This document shows positions 1 through 9,927 of a DNA stretch of 64,000 nucleotides, piece after piece. The DNA comes from Syntrophorhabdaceae bacterium (lineage in GTDB: Bacteria; Desulfobacterota; Syntrophorhabdia; Syntrophorhabdales; Syntrophorhabdaceae). The DNA is taken from contig OY762209.1 in NCBI GenBank assembly GCA_963665295.1, forward strand, positions 544,001 to 608,000, written 5' to 3'. Position 1 is the first letter of the stretch; each line of letters opens with the position of its first letter. The notes under the pieces were generated by a model. That model searched no databases. It had not been told where the DNA came from and worked only from the letters and a program-made list of their open reading frames with translations. Position numbers and translations under genes: made by a program.

Positions 1-797
1 CATATGATCAGCGTGTGTCCTCCTTGCGATCTCAAGAGAGGGTCTCCCCCGCTCAACAAACAATATGCTGATTTTTCATCATACACGACGTAGAATACCG
101 CATGAACGTTCTGCTGCGCGTCTACGGACTTGAAGATCGCCCTTCTCCCTTTCGCCTTGACGGCCTCATCGAGTCTCTCCACATCACTTAAGGGATAGGG
201 AAATTTCTTGTTCTGGCGGCGAAAAGACAGGCAACTGTATGCATACGCCAAGGCAAGGTCATCAGTTTCCTCGACACGTATGTTGTTGCGAACAGCTCTC
301 CTGATGACCTCTCTCTGGTCTTTGGCTATGTTGCGGAAAATATCATCGATGCGGCTTTTTTCGTAATCGAGGATATATGTATAACGGGTCGTCTGAGAAT
401 ATCCCCGCCACCGGAAAGGAAGCCAGTCCTTGAAATTGTGATGCATGCACATCTGTACCACACGGCCGGCGTCAACCTGATCCAGCAAGGCATTCAGCCA
501 CCCTCTCTCCATGGATAACCGTTTTCGCGGCGACTCGTTGCCCGGTTTCCCGTAGAGGACCCCGCCTGTGCGCGTGAGATAAGGCTCATTGATCCTGCCG
601 GCGCCAAAAAAGGGCAAAATGATGCCGGAGGCAATCCGATTATTCTCCGTGACGACGATGATTTTGAAATCACCCCTTGTGACGGCTTCAAGCCACCAGG
701 AATAACAGAACAGATCTCCCTGCGGCGAGTCATTGACGAACTCATCCCAGAGACCGTATTCCGCCTGTGTCAAAAAGGTTGTTTTCACGTGCCGCAT
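1..797 (-). CDS. GNAT/FemAB-like acyltransferase of a polysaccharide locus (partial, runs off the window start; not in ORF track)
   Basis: Hand-translated from ATG at 797: MRHVKTTFLTQAEYGLWDEFVNDSPQGDLFCYSWWLEAV...DWLPFRWRGYSQTTRYTY...; open to position 1; overlaps the stop of the upstream GT2. Confidence 0.7.
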   Translation of the reverse strand, partial: MRHVKTTFLTQAEYGLWDEFVNDSPQGDLFCYSWWLEAVTRGDFKIIVVTENNRIASGIILPFFGAGRINEPYLTRTGGVLYGKPGNESPRKRLSMERGWLNALLDQVDAGRVVQMCMHHNFKDWLPFRWRGYSQTTRYTYILDYEKSRIDDIFRNIAKDQREVIRRAVRNNIRVEETDDLALAYAYSCLSFRRQNKKFPYPLSDVERLDEAVKAKGRRAIFKSVDAQQNVHAVFYVVYDEKSAYCLLSGGDPLLRSQGGHTLII

Positions 798-1837
798 CTC
801 CCGTTGCAGCTTCCCTTCTCCCCGCCCGTCCCTTGAGCCGGGCAAGAAGGGCGAACAAAGGCCGCTATCCTTTGAGAAAGAAACTTTCTCCCACGGGATA
901 AGAGTCTTCTGATTCCGCTTTGACGCCAAATAGTCTCCGCATCGATTGCGAACCATTCGCAGCAGACGAAGTCGAGGGGCCAACAAACGTTGAAGGGTCT
1001 ATTTTTCGCGAGTTTGAACAACATTTTCCGGCCTTTCTTCTTCATTCCCATGGAAAAGCTGCTCTGAGCCATCCGCCGGTAATGAGCGTCATACAGTTTA
1101 GGGTAATGCGCAACAAAACCGGCATTCTCCGTCAGAATCCTTTCGTGCAGTTCCAATCTGAGTACATCGAGGCTCCGGTCGGTCAACTGACCGCCTTCGT
1201 GGGTGTGAAGCTTAACCAGTACTTCCGGAATGGTCGCAAATTCGAACCTCCGGGCCAGCCTGAACAAGTGCTCCGTATCTTCACAGACCCGAAAACTCTC
1301 GTTGTATAAACCAACAGCATGGAGACACTCTTTCCTGATCGTCAAACCAAAACCGTTGCCAATGGTTGTGACCGCAATATATGCTGTTTCTTTGTCCTGA
1401 AACTCGGCAGGCCAGATCCTTTCGTTCCACAAAGTTTCCCCGCCCGGGGTATCCTTTACCCGCCGGATTCCGGTCCATGCGAAACCGATGCGGGAATGGG
1501 CGGTTTGAAAAAAACCATGCATTTTTTCGAGAAAGGTGGGGAAGTACTCATCATCGTCGTCGAGTATGGAGATCAGGGAGCCCCGGGAAGCCCTGATTCC
1601 CGAATTATATGCTGCGGATACCCCTTTGCGGGATGTATGCCGAATAAGAACAATCCGTTGGTCGTGAAATTGCCGCACGACTTCCGCAGTGCCCGTATTG
1701 CACGCATCGCCCGAGTCGTCCACTACGACGCACTCGTAGTCCCCGTATGTCTGATCGAGAACGCTGCGGATGGCCCTCTCGAGAAGATGAGGCCTCTTAT
1801 ATGTCGCTATGATGATAGAAAAGGTGGGATGTTTCAT
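785..1837 (-). CDS. Glycosyltransferase family 2
   Basis: FSIIIATYKR...VVVDDSG...ILDDDDEY...EDTEH GT-A motifs. Confidence 0.9.
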   Translation of the reverse strand: MKHPTFSIIIATYKRPHLLERAIRSVLDQTYGDYECVVVDDSGDACNTGTAEVVRQFHDQRIVLIRHTSRKGVSAAYNSGIRASRGSLISILDDDDEYFPTFLEKMHGFFQTAHSRIGFAWTGIRRVKDTPGGETLWNERIWPAEFQDKETAYIAVTTIGNGFGLTIRKECLHAVGLYNESFRVCEDTEHLFRLARRFEFATIPEVLVKLHTHEGGQLTDRSLDVLRLELHERILTENAGFVAHYPKLYDAHYRRMAQSSFSMGMKKKGRKMLFKLAKNRPFNVCWPLDFVCCEWFAIDAETIWRQSGIRRLLSRGRKFLSQRIAAFVRPSCPAQGTGGEKGSCNGRCGT

Positions 1838-2815
1838 TCAGATACCATGGCTCTCCCTGGAACGGAGAGTCCTGTTCATACGAGAAAAAATGGTTCTAAC
1901 CCCTCTTTGCCCCCAGACCGTTGCCGCATCGACGCCGAACCATTCATAACAGACAAGATCAAGCAAAAAGGAAGGCGAGGGCCTGTTCTTAAACAGTTTC
2001 AACAGGATCTTCCGGCCTTTCCTCTTCATCCCCAGCGAGTAGCTATTGAGGGCCAATTGCCGGTAATGGACGTCGTACAGCATAGGGTAGTGCGCGATAA
2101 AGTCGGCGTTTTCCATCAGTATCCTTTCATGGAGCTCCAATCTGAGCTCGTCCAAGCCCCGGCCGGTCAGCTGATCGCCTTTATGGCGGTGAAGTTTGAC
2201 CAGTACTTCCGGAATGGTCGCAAATTCGTACTTTCCGACCAACCTGAACAGATAGTCCGTGTCCTCGCGCACCCGGAAAGCCTCACGATACGGACCGACG
2301 GCATCGAGGCATTCCCTTCTCATCATTAAGCCGTAGCCCTTGCCGATGGTAGTCGCGGCGACATATGCCGCCTCATGGGGCCGAATCTTCGCGGGCCATA
2401 CCTTTTCATACCATAAAACCTCCCCTTCCGGGGTATCGAATACTTTCCGGATCCCGGTCCACGCAAAACCGATGCGGGAATGGGCTGCCTGGAAAAATTG
2501 ATACATCCTCTCAAGAAAGGCGGGGTAGTATTCATCGTCGTCATCCAACATGGCAATCAGGGAACCCCGGGCGGCATTGATCCCGGTGTTGGATGCGGCG
2601 GCCACGCCTTTGTTCCGCTCATGTTCTATCAGACGAATGCGCTCATCGTGAAATTGCTGCACAATTTGTGCTGAACCCCCATGGCCCGCATCGTCTACGA
2701 CAATACACTCGAAGTCTCTGAAAGTCTGGCCGACGACACTGCAAATCGCCCTCGAAAGAAGATGAGGTCGCTTGTAGGTAGCGATAATTATTGTAAAAAG
2801 AGGGTCTTTCACCAT
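1838..2815 (-). CDS. Glycosyltransferase family 2 (paralog of the adjacent gene)
   Basis: FTIIIATYKR...VVDDAG...MLDDDDEY; start moved to MVKDP, overlapping the upstream stop. Confidence 0.9.
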   Translation of the reverse strand: MVKDPLFTIIIATYKRPHLLSRAICSVVGQTFRDFECIVVDDAGHGGSAQIVQQFHDERIRLIEHERNKGVAAASNTGINAARGSLIAMLDDDDEYYPAFLERMYQFFQAAHSRIGFAWTGIRKVFDTPEGEVLWYEKVWPAKIRPHEAAYVAATTIGKGYGLMMRRECLDAVGPYREAFRVREDTDYLFRLVGKYEFATIPEVLVKLHRHKGDQLTGRGLDELRLELHERILMENADFIAHYPMLYDVHYRQLALNSYSLGMKRKGRKILLKLFKNRPSPSFLLDLVCYEWFGVDAATVWGQRGVRTIFSRMNRTLRSRESHGI

Positions 2816-3642
2816 GGTCTCGGATTGGTAATAAGGCGCAACGAGAGATAAGCCTGCTTCATCCATTGAAGCACGAGCGGCTCATTTCCCCATGCCCTTC
2901 TCAACTTCGTCACGCGTCTGTACGCCTCAGGACAGGTCTTGAACAATTCTTCATGCCGCCGAAAGATGGTCAGGAGCGCGTCTATCCGGTTCCTTCTATT
3001 CTTCTTTCTTCTTCCCGAGCGGCAGTCTCCCGGTTTGTCATATGTTCTGTAAAATACCAGATCTTCGGGAATCCTGTAAACTCTTCTTCCCTTCTCCAGT
3101 ATGGAAAGCCAGAAGTCATAATCTTCCAACCCATGGATGAACTCTTCGGAATAACCGCCCACTGCCTCCCAGTCCGTTTTCCTGAAGAAGGACGTTGAAT
3201 GAATGACGTTATCTTGAAGCATGGCGGCAAGAGAATAAGGCGGCAGCTCAAATCTTCCCGAACGGGCGCCGAAAAATTGGACCTCGCTGTATATGATGCC
3301 GAGATCGGGATCGGCACCGAAGACAGCAAATGCCCTTTCAAGGAAAGAAGGTGCGATCTTATCATCCGCATCGAGATTGAGTATGAGAGGCGCCCTGGCT
3401 GCCGCGATTGCGGTGTTGCGGGCCGCAGACGGTCCGCGGTTCGACGTGTGGATAAGGGTAACTCTTTCATGACGCAGATGGTCCAGTCTTTGCCTGGTAT
3501 CGTCCGTCGATCCATCGTTGACGATGATGACTTCATAATCCGGGAAAGTCTGGGCAAAGACCGACGACAACATCTCCCCTATATAGCGGCCATGGTTGAA
3601 GCAGGGGCAAATAATGGATATGGCGGGATTCGTCGGCATCAT
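2809..3642 (-). CDS. Glycosyltransferase family 2
   Basis: SIICPCFNH...VNDGSTD...LDADD...EDYDFW; ATGA overlap with the wzt stop. Confidence 0.9.
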   Translation of the reverse strand: MMPTNPAISIICPCFNHGRYIGEMLSSVFAQTFPDYEVIIVNDGSTDDTRQRLDHLRHERVTLIHTSNRGPSAARNTAIAAARAPLILNLDADDKIAPSFLERAFAVFGADPDLGIIYSEVQFFGARSGRFELPPYSLAAMLQDNVIHSTSFFRKTDWEAVGGYSEEFIHGLEDYDFWLSILEKGRRVYRIPEDLVFYRTYDKPGDCRSGRRKKNRRNRIDALLTIFRRHEELFKTCPEAYRRVTKLRRAWGNEPLVLQWMKQAYLSLRLITNPRPW

Positions 3643-4889
3643 TTCTGCTGTTCTCGTTCGTGGATGGTCCATGTCGGGGTAAGATACAAGAGGCCCCCAT
3701 ATCGCTGGAGGCTCCGGGTGATCGCGCTGTTGTTGACCATTTTGAATAGGATGCACGGCTCTATGACATCATACGCGTCGTATCGGTAATGGAATATTTC
3801 ACTCAGCAGCTCCACGTTGATGCGGTATTCTCCGGGATAAAGCCTCAGATCGGCGATATGAAGGGACACGTGGCACGGACGGGAAAGATCGCGCAGGGAA
3901 AAACCCGAATCGTTGTCATACATGGTACAGACGCAGTCCCCATTGGATTCGAAAATACTGACGACTATTTTCACTTTCTTGAGGTTTGCGGCGGGTGCGA
4001 CGAACAGGTGGATGTTGAGGTCGTCGCCAATGGCATAGACCCCTGTCACCTCTCCATGCCGGTTTCTCAGCTCAATTCTTTGAAGGCAAACCTCCTGCGA
4101 CCCCCTGCGATGTCCGAAATTCGCGGATTCGGCGAACCCTCGTTCGTTTGATGTATTTGATGACCGGTAGGCATCGATTACCTCGTCCGGAGCGCCGATC
4201 ATCCGCATCCTGCCTTTGTTGATCCATATGCACCGGGAACAAAACTGCCTGACGGCTGCCATATTATGGCTGACAAAGAGGATGGTCCGCCCCTGTCTCG
4301 ATACCTCATTCATTCTCCCGAGGGATTTGTTTTGAAATTCGGCGTCTCCCACGGACAATACCTCATCGATTAACAAAATCTCCGGGTCAAGGTGAGCCGC
4401 CACAGAAAAGGCCAGCCTCGCCCACATCCCGGTAGAATAATGTTTGACCGGCATGTCAAGAAAAGTCCCGACTCCGGAAAACTCGGTGATTTCCTCGAAT
4501 CTATTCAGAATCTCCCGTCTGGATAAACCCAGGATGGCGCCATTGAGGAAAATATTTTCCCGGCCCGTCAATTCCGGATGAAATCCTGTTCCCACTTCGA
4601 GCAGGCTGGCCACCCTGCCCCGCACCAGAATACTCCCTTTAGTCGGCGGTGTGATTTTGGCGATTATTTTCAGAAGCGTTGTTTTCCCCGCTCCGTTTTC
4701 TCCGATGATCCCCCACTTGTCGCCCGGGAATATGTCAAACGAAAGGTCGTCGAGAGCCCAGAATTCCTGCATATCGTGACCTCTCCTGAAGCAGGCGGTA
4801 AGGCTCTCCCGTAGCGTTCGATAGGGAGAACGATTCTTCTGGACGCTATATTTCTTGGAGACGGACTTTATTTCAAGGATCGGCTTCAC
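3639..4889 (-). CDS. wzt: Polysaccharide ABC exporter ATP-binding subunit with C-terminal Wzt_C-like domain
   Basis: Walker A GENGAGKTT, signature YSTGM, Walker B LLIDE; follows the wzm-like gene with a GTGA overlap. Confidence 0.88.
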   Translation of the reverse strand: MKPILEIKSVSKKYSVQKNRSPYRTLRESLTACFRRGHDMQEFWALDDLSFDIFPGDKWGIIGENGAGKTTLLKIIAKITPPTKGSILVRGRVASLLEVGTGFHPELTGRENIFLNGAILGLSRREILNRFEEITEFSGVGTFLDMPVKHYSTGMWARLAFSVAAHLDPEILLIDEVLSVGDAEFQNKSLGRMNEVSRQGRTILFVSHNMAAVRQFCSRCIWINKGRMRMIGAPDEVIDAYRSSNTSNERGFAESANFGHRRGSQEVCLQRIELRNRHGEVTGVYAIGDDLNIHLFVAPAANLKKVKIVVSIFESNGDCVCTMYDNDSGFSLRDLSRPCHVSLHIADLRLYPGEYRINVELLSEIFHYRYDAYDVIEPCILFKMVNNSAITRSLQRYGGLLYLTPTWTIHEREQQK

Positions 4890-5704
4890 AGAATATCCGC
4901 ACAATCGATCTCGTTCCTATTGAACGCGACCAGGCCGACCAGAAGTATCAAAAAGGATGACGCCAGCCCCATTGTGCTGAATTGCCAGTTGACCGCTTCA
5001 ATGGAAATGGCGGCCCTTCCCAGGTGAACGGCTGCCGCGACCGGGTTCAGCGAGAGAAGAAAGGCGAGTGTCCCGGATTTGACGACGGACAGGGGAAATA
5101 TGACCGGCGTGGCGAAAAAAAGAAATTGCAGCAGAAAGGGAATGACATGTCTCACATCCCGATAGCGGATGTTCAACGCCGCGAGGATGAGCCCGCATCC
5201 CAGCGTCGAAAAAAGGACGACAGCCAGGCAGAGAGGGGAAAGCAAAAGAAATGTCGGGATGTTTACCCTGATGTCATAAAAAACCAGCAGCGCCAGACAG
5301 AAAAAGAGGGCGATAAAGAAATCGACCAGGGACACCAGAATGGCCGCCGTAGGAACGATGATGCGCGGGAAATAGACCTTTTTGATCGTATTAGCCTGGT
5401 TGACCATGCTGTTGCCTGCATTACTTACCCCGGAGGCGAAAAAACCCCAGAGGATGAGCCCGGAATAGACAAAGACCGGATAGGGAGTACCCGTGTCTAT
5501 GTGAATGACCCGCTTCCAGAAGAGGGTAAACAGCATCATCAATGCCAGAGGTTGCAGGAGCGCCCAGCCTGCGCCGATCAGGGTCTGCTTGTATTTCACT
5601 TTCACGTCGCGCCAGGCGAGAAACCAGAAAAGCTCCCTGTAGTGCCACAACTCGCGGACCTTGAAGCGCCACCAGTCGGGATAAGTTATCTCATATTCAG
5701 TCAT
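4886..5704 (-). CDS. wzm: Polysaccharide ABC exporter permease
   Basis: ELWHYREL...RDVKVKYKQT..G..WALLQP, KKVYFPR, YRDV, FFATPV; multiple TM segments. Confidence 0.88.
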   Translation of the reverse strand: MTEYEITYPDWWRFKVRELWHYRELFWFLAWRDVKVKYKQTLIGAGWALLQPLALMMLFTLFWKRVIHIDTGTPYPVFVYSGLILWGFFASGVSNAGNSMVNQANTIKKVYFPRIIVPTAAILVSLVDFFIALFFCLALLVFYDIRVNIPTFLLLSPLCLAVVLFSTLGCGLILAALNIRYRDVRHVIPFLLQFLFFATPVIFPLSVVKSGTLAFLLSLNPVAAAVHLGRAAISIEAVNWQFSTMGLASSFLILLVGLVAFNRNEIDCADIL

Positions 5705-6614
5705 ATTCAAAGCGCGATTCCATTTCACAATTTGGTGCGCGAGGGGGAGAGAACACAGCTTTCTTTTGAAAATACCTTTTATCCGCATGTGTATCCCAAT
5801 CGAAGTGTCCCGCCTTTCTAAGCTTCAGTGAAAGGGTTGCAAGGAGAATGAGGCATCTTTCTTGTATTGTCCTCAACACGGGATATTTATTCTTCAGAGA
5901 TGTTTTTAATCTTCGTGCCTTTTGGAAATGATGATAATAGCTGCTCGTAGCGTCCTCACGAATAGTGCTCTTGAAAAGAGCTTCGTCGATGGTGACTATG
6001 GAGGGAGTGACTACGCGCAGCTTTACGCCCATCGCCGGTGAATGACCCGTGAGCATATCCATGGGCATCCTCAATGGGTAAGCATGTCGAAGCAGTTTGA
6101 TCGCAGCGGGTTTCTTGATGATATACCCGAATGTTCCATAGGGACACTCAATAGGTTTCGCAATATGGTAGCGGGAAAATACATTCTCTCTATCTGATGA
6201 GCATTCGACTCCGCGGGAAAAATCGTGACATTGACCGGAGTGTCCGAGCAGCAACAGCTCATAGTCCGGTCTTTCAAAGAACCACCTGTTTTTCAACAAC
6301 ATCCCCAGGTCTTCCTCAAGAATGACGTCATCCTCGAAAACGCACGCCCCTTCGATATCTTCGTCGATCATCTTTTTGTATACTGTGAGATGGCTCAGAA
6401 GACATCCTATTTCTCCTCTCATAAGCCGCCTGGCATTGAGAGAAGACCAGGGAGGAAAGCTGTCTCCACCGCAGGCTTCTATTTCTTGATCGGACATCTC
6501 CTGCCCGTCAATTGCATCAATGAATTCGTGGGCGACATTAAGCCTGTCGAGTTGCCTCACAATATGCTTCTTTCTGTCTTGAGACCTTTTCATATTTATG
6601 ACAAATACTTTGAT
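5697..6614 (-). CDS. Glycosyltransferase family 25
   Basis: (K)VFVINMKRSQDR, FIDAIDG, GEIGCLLSH, FEDD, GYII motifs; start possibly ATC at 6614 (ATG at 6593 otherwise). Confidence 0.85.
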   Translation of the reverse strand: MKVFVINMKRSQDRKKHIVRQLDRLNVAHEFIDAIDGQEMSDQEIEACGGDSFPPWSSLNARRLMRGEIGCLLSHLTVYKKMIDEDIEGACVFEDDVILEEDLGMLLKNRWFFERPDYELLLLGHSGQCHDFSRGVECSSDRENVFSRYHIAKPIECPYGTFGYIIKKPAAIKLLRHAYPLRMPMDMLTGHSPAMGVKLRVVTPSIVTIDEALFKSTIREDATSSYYHHFQKARRLKTSLKNKYPVLRTIQERCLILLATLSLKLRKAGHFDWDTHADKRYFQKKAVFSPPRAPNCEMESRFEYD

Positions 6615-6997
6615 GATAAGACCTCCGCAAGACGCATATCTATTTTGCTTTTCCCCCCGGGTGTCGAATCACATTAGAAAGAGTTATGACGGAAGGTTTG
6701 CAGTCTTTGAAACGCTTATGATACCGGTTCGTGACATGAATATTATAGTAGCAGTATGTCCGAGATATTGTCAATAGCTGTGGATAGGGCTTTTCAAAGC
6801 AATTCCGGGCCTCACCGTCGCAAAGGTTGATTCCATGGGATTGGTGGTCCCTATGTGCACCCGGTGTTGGGCCGGGAAGTCATAGAAGGCGAAGCGCACG
6901 ACCTCCGGTCCGGCGAAGATAGGGAGGGTGGCGTTGCCGCCGACCGGGCAACAGCTACGTTCTTCGGTCGGCGGCAACGCCGGGGGGGAAGGTACTC

Positions 6998-8302
6998 TCA
7001 GTTCGACATAAACACTCCCGGCAGATAAAGTATCAGCTGCGGGAATATGAAGAAGAGTATGATGCAGATGATAAGGGAGATGAGGAACGGGTAGACGCCC
7101 GAGTAGATGATACTCATAGGCACCTTCGTGATGTTCTTCACCACGAATACGCACATGGCGACGGGAGGGATCACGGAGCCCACGCAGACGGTGAGGGAGA
7201 CCATGATGCATGCCCATATGGGGTCGTACCCCATGGAGAGTATGGCGGGGAAGAATATGGGTGTGGCGAGAATCATGAACGCGAGGTCGTCGATGAACGA
7301 CCCTCCTACGAGGTAGACGATAAAGATGATGCTCATGATGATGTGGCGGTTAAGGGGAAGAGTCACTACCCACTGGGCCACGATGTCCGGTATGTTCGTC
7401 ACTGCCACGAAGTGACCGAGCACGCTGGAGGATGCCACGATGAGGAGCACCATGCAGGAAGTCCGTAACGCCTCCAGGATGGAGCGCTTGAGGCCCTGGA
7501 AGTTGATGTCCTTTTTGACGAGGCAGAGGAGAAGGACTGCGAAGGTCCCCACGCTGCCTGCTTCGGTAGGGGTGAAGAAGCCTTTCATAAGGCCCCCGAT
7601 CATGACGCAGAAGATCACGATGGGCCAGATGACGGCGGGCAGGGTCGCCACTCTCTCCTTCCATGAAAAAGGTTCGCATGCGGGCCCTATGGTGGGGTTT
7701 ATCCGCGCCCACCCGAAGATGACCACGAGAAAGAAGAAGGCGAGCATGAGACCGGGGATCACGCCTGCCATGAAGAGCTTCCCTATGGACTGCTGGGTGA
7801 TGATCCCGAGTATGATGAGGATGACGCTCGGGGGGATGAGCACGCCTAAGGTACCCACGGTGGCCACGATGCCTGTTGAGAGTTTCTTGCTGTAGTTGAA
7901 GCGGTCCATCTCGGGGACCGCGACGCTTGCGAAGGTGGCGCAGGTGGCGACCTGGGAGCCGCATATGGCTTTAAAGACCGTGGCCCCTGCCACGGTGGCC
8001 ATGGCAAGGCCTCCGGGGATGTGACCCAGGAACCTGTGGGCACTGTCATAGAGTCTCTTCGCGATACCCGCGTTGAATGCGATCTGTCCCATAAGGACAA
8101 AGAGGGGCACCACGGTGAGGCTGTATGATTCGAGGGCATCGTAGAAGTCATTTGCCAGTATGTTCATGGCAGGGCCGGGGCCGACCACGATCGCATAGCC
8201 CGCAACCCCGATGATCGCCATGGCAAAGGCGAGTTCGATACCCGTCAGGAACAATCCCAACAGGACAACTATTCCGACTATTCCGACAGTTATTTCATCC
8301 AT
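6998..8302 (-). CDS. dctM: TRAP transporter large permease
   Basis: PLFVLMG, GGLAMA, GTLGVLIPPS, FTPTEAG; highly hydrophobic. Confidence 0.92.
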   Translation of the reverse strand: MDEITVGIVGIVVLLGLFLTGIELAFAMAIIGVAGYAIVVGPGPAMNILANDFYDALESYSLTVVPLFVLMGQIAFNAGIAKRLYDSAHRFLGHIPGGLAMATVAGATVFKAICGSQVATCATFASVAVPEMDRFNYSKKLSTGIVATVGTLGVLIPPSVILIILGIITQQSIGKLFMAGVIPGLMLAFFFLVVIFGWARINPTIGPACEPFSWKERVATLPAVIWPIVIFCVMIGGLMKGFFTPTEAGSVGTFAVLLLCLVKKDINFQGLKRSILEALRTSCMVLLIVASSSVLGHFVAVTNIPDIVAQWVVTLPLNRHIIMSIIFIVYLVGGSFIDDLAFMILATPIFFPAILSMGYDPIWACIMVSLTVCVGSVIPPVAMCVFVVKNITKVPMSIIYSGVYPFLISLIICIILFFIFPQLILYLPGVFMSN

Positions 8303-8783
8303 TTTCTTTCTCCACGATGAATATCTTGAAAATATCGCTTATAAGTGCGAAGCATTCGATAAAGAAGCAGAATGCCAGACCAAATGAAGCAGGGAAATAG
8401 GGTATGTGGAGAGTCAGGGAGACCTCGCCGGTTTTGTACAGGTGGATCCCTTTCCGGTAAAGGAAGAAGGAGAGAAGGGCAAAAAGGATTATCCCCATGA
8501 GTCTCGTGACGATGAAGAATGTGTTCTTCACTGCAGGGGAACGGTTCTCGATAAGGAAGTCAACCGCCACGTGCCCTTTTCCCCATGTGGTCTGGGGCAC
8601 GGCGAACCCGACGACTATGGCGCCCGAGACGGCAACCAGTTCGTAGGTCCCGAGTATAGCGGTGCCGAACATGCGGAGCACCACGTCCGCCACGGTGAGC
8701 ATCAGCATAAAGAAAAGCACGACCCCCGCAAGTCCGTTCATCCAACTGCATATCCTCTTGAACACCGCAACAAATGCGCTCAT
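8295..8783 (-). CDS. dctQ: TRAP transporter small permease
   Basis: 4 TM segments, GHVAVD motif, lies between dctP and dctM. Confidence 0.88.
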   Translation of the reverse strand: MSAFVAVFKRICSWMNGLAGVVLFFMLMLTVADVVLRMFGTAILGTYELVAVSGAIVVGFAVPQTTWGKGHVAVDFLIENRSPAVKNTFFIVTRLMGIILFALLSFFLYRKGIHLYKTGEVSLTLHIPYFPASFGLAFCFFIECFALISDIFKIFIVEKENG

Positions 8784-8795
8784 TAAACCTCCTGG

Positions 8796-8828
8796 AAGAG
8801 GCGCCGGGGAATACTCCCCGGCGCTCTT
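8796..8828 (-). terminator. GC-rich intercistronic hairpin after dctP (mRNA stabiliser or partial terminator)
   Basis: gcgccgggga-atac-tccccggcgc perfect 10-bp stem. Confidence 0.5.
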
Positions 8829-8832
8829 GTTT

Positions 8833-9858
8833 TTACTTGCTGTTCTTCTTTATGAATTCGCGGGCGAACTTGAGCACCTCGTCGCCGGGAAGGTTCTTCG
8901 CCTTCATGTTCTTTACGTACTCCTCGAAGAGAGGCTGCGCCTTTGCGGCCCAGCGGGCGTCTTCTTCCTTGGAGAGTTTGATGATTTTGTTGCCCCTCTT
9001 GAGGGAGAAGGCTTTGCCCGACTCATCGATGGCCTCCCACACGCGTGCTTCCTTCTCTATCCACTCCTGGTTGATCTGTTCGATGATCTTCTGGTTCTCC
9101 GGAGAGATGCTGTTCCATTTGTCCTTGTTCATGGCAACGATAAAGGTAGCCGTGTACGCGCTGCCGTGGTTCTCGGTCGTATACTTGATTACCTCGCCGA
9201 GCTTCCAGCCTTCGAGGGCCTCGTACGGGCAGAGGAGACCGTCGGCGACACCCTTTGAAAGGGCGTCATAGGCATCGCCCATGGGCATGGCCACAGGGGT
9301 GCCGCCCAGGAGGGACATGAATTTCGCGTTTGAGCCGAAGGTCCTCATCTTCATGCCCTTCAGGTCTTCGAGTTTGTTGACGGGCTTTCTCGAATGGAGG
9401 ATGCCCGGGGTCTGGGCGTGGAAGAACATGACCTTTACGTCATTGAACTCTTTCGGTTTGAACTTCTGGTAGTATGCGTTCACCAGGTGGGTCGATACGT
9501 TGCCGTTCGGATATCCGAGAGGATAGTCGAGGACCTCGGTGAGGGGAAATTTACCCATGGTGTAGCCAAGAACGATATTACCCAGGTCTACCACGCCCTG
9601 GACCACACTGTCATAAGTCTGGGCAGGAGGGGTAAGGGTCGCGCCCGCATACTGGCGGACCTTTATCTTTCCGTTCGTCCTCTTTTCCACTTCCTTACAC
9701 CAGTCCGCAGTGACTACCGCGAGCTTGTGGGTGGGAGGAAAGAAGGTGGAGAACCTTAAGGAAATGGCCTTCTCCTGGGCATAGCCCGATGAAGCCGCCA
9801 TAACCATTACCGCGAAACAGAAGACTGCGAATACACTGATGGTGCTGGAACGTCTCAT
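8833..9858 (-). CDS. dctP: TRAP transporter substrate-binding protein
   Basis: Signal peptide; EVEKRTNGKIK, DLKGMKMR, LGGTPVAMP, YDALSKGVADG. Confidence 0.92.
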   Translation of the reverse strand: MRRSSTISVFAVFCFAVMVMAASSGYAQEKAISLRFSTFFPPTHKLAVVTADWCKEVEKRTNGKIKVRQYAGATLTPPAQTYDSVVQGVVDLGNIVLGYTMGKFPLTEVLDYPLGYPNGNVSTHLVNAYYQKFKPKEFNDVKVMFFHAQTPGILHSRKPVNKLEDLKGMKMRTFGSNAKFMSLLGGTPVAMPMGDAYDALSKGVADGLLCPYEALEGWKLGEVIKYTTENHGSAYTATFIVAMNKDKWNSISPENQKIIEQINQEWIEKEARVWEAIDESGKAFSLKRGNKIIKLSKEEDARWAAKAQPLFEEYVKNMKAKNLPGDEVLKFAREFIKKNSK

Positions 9859-9927
9859 AATACCCCCTTTGTTTAGTTGGATTGGTTTTTGCTTCTTACG
9901 CAGGATTACAAGATGGAGCTCTCCTTA

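Noticed and set aside
494..745. 83-aa ORF in the track
   Set aside because: Out of frame with the GNAT-like CDS (797 to <1) on the same strand.
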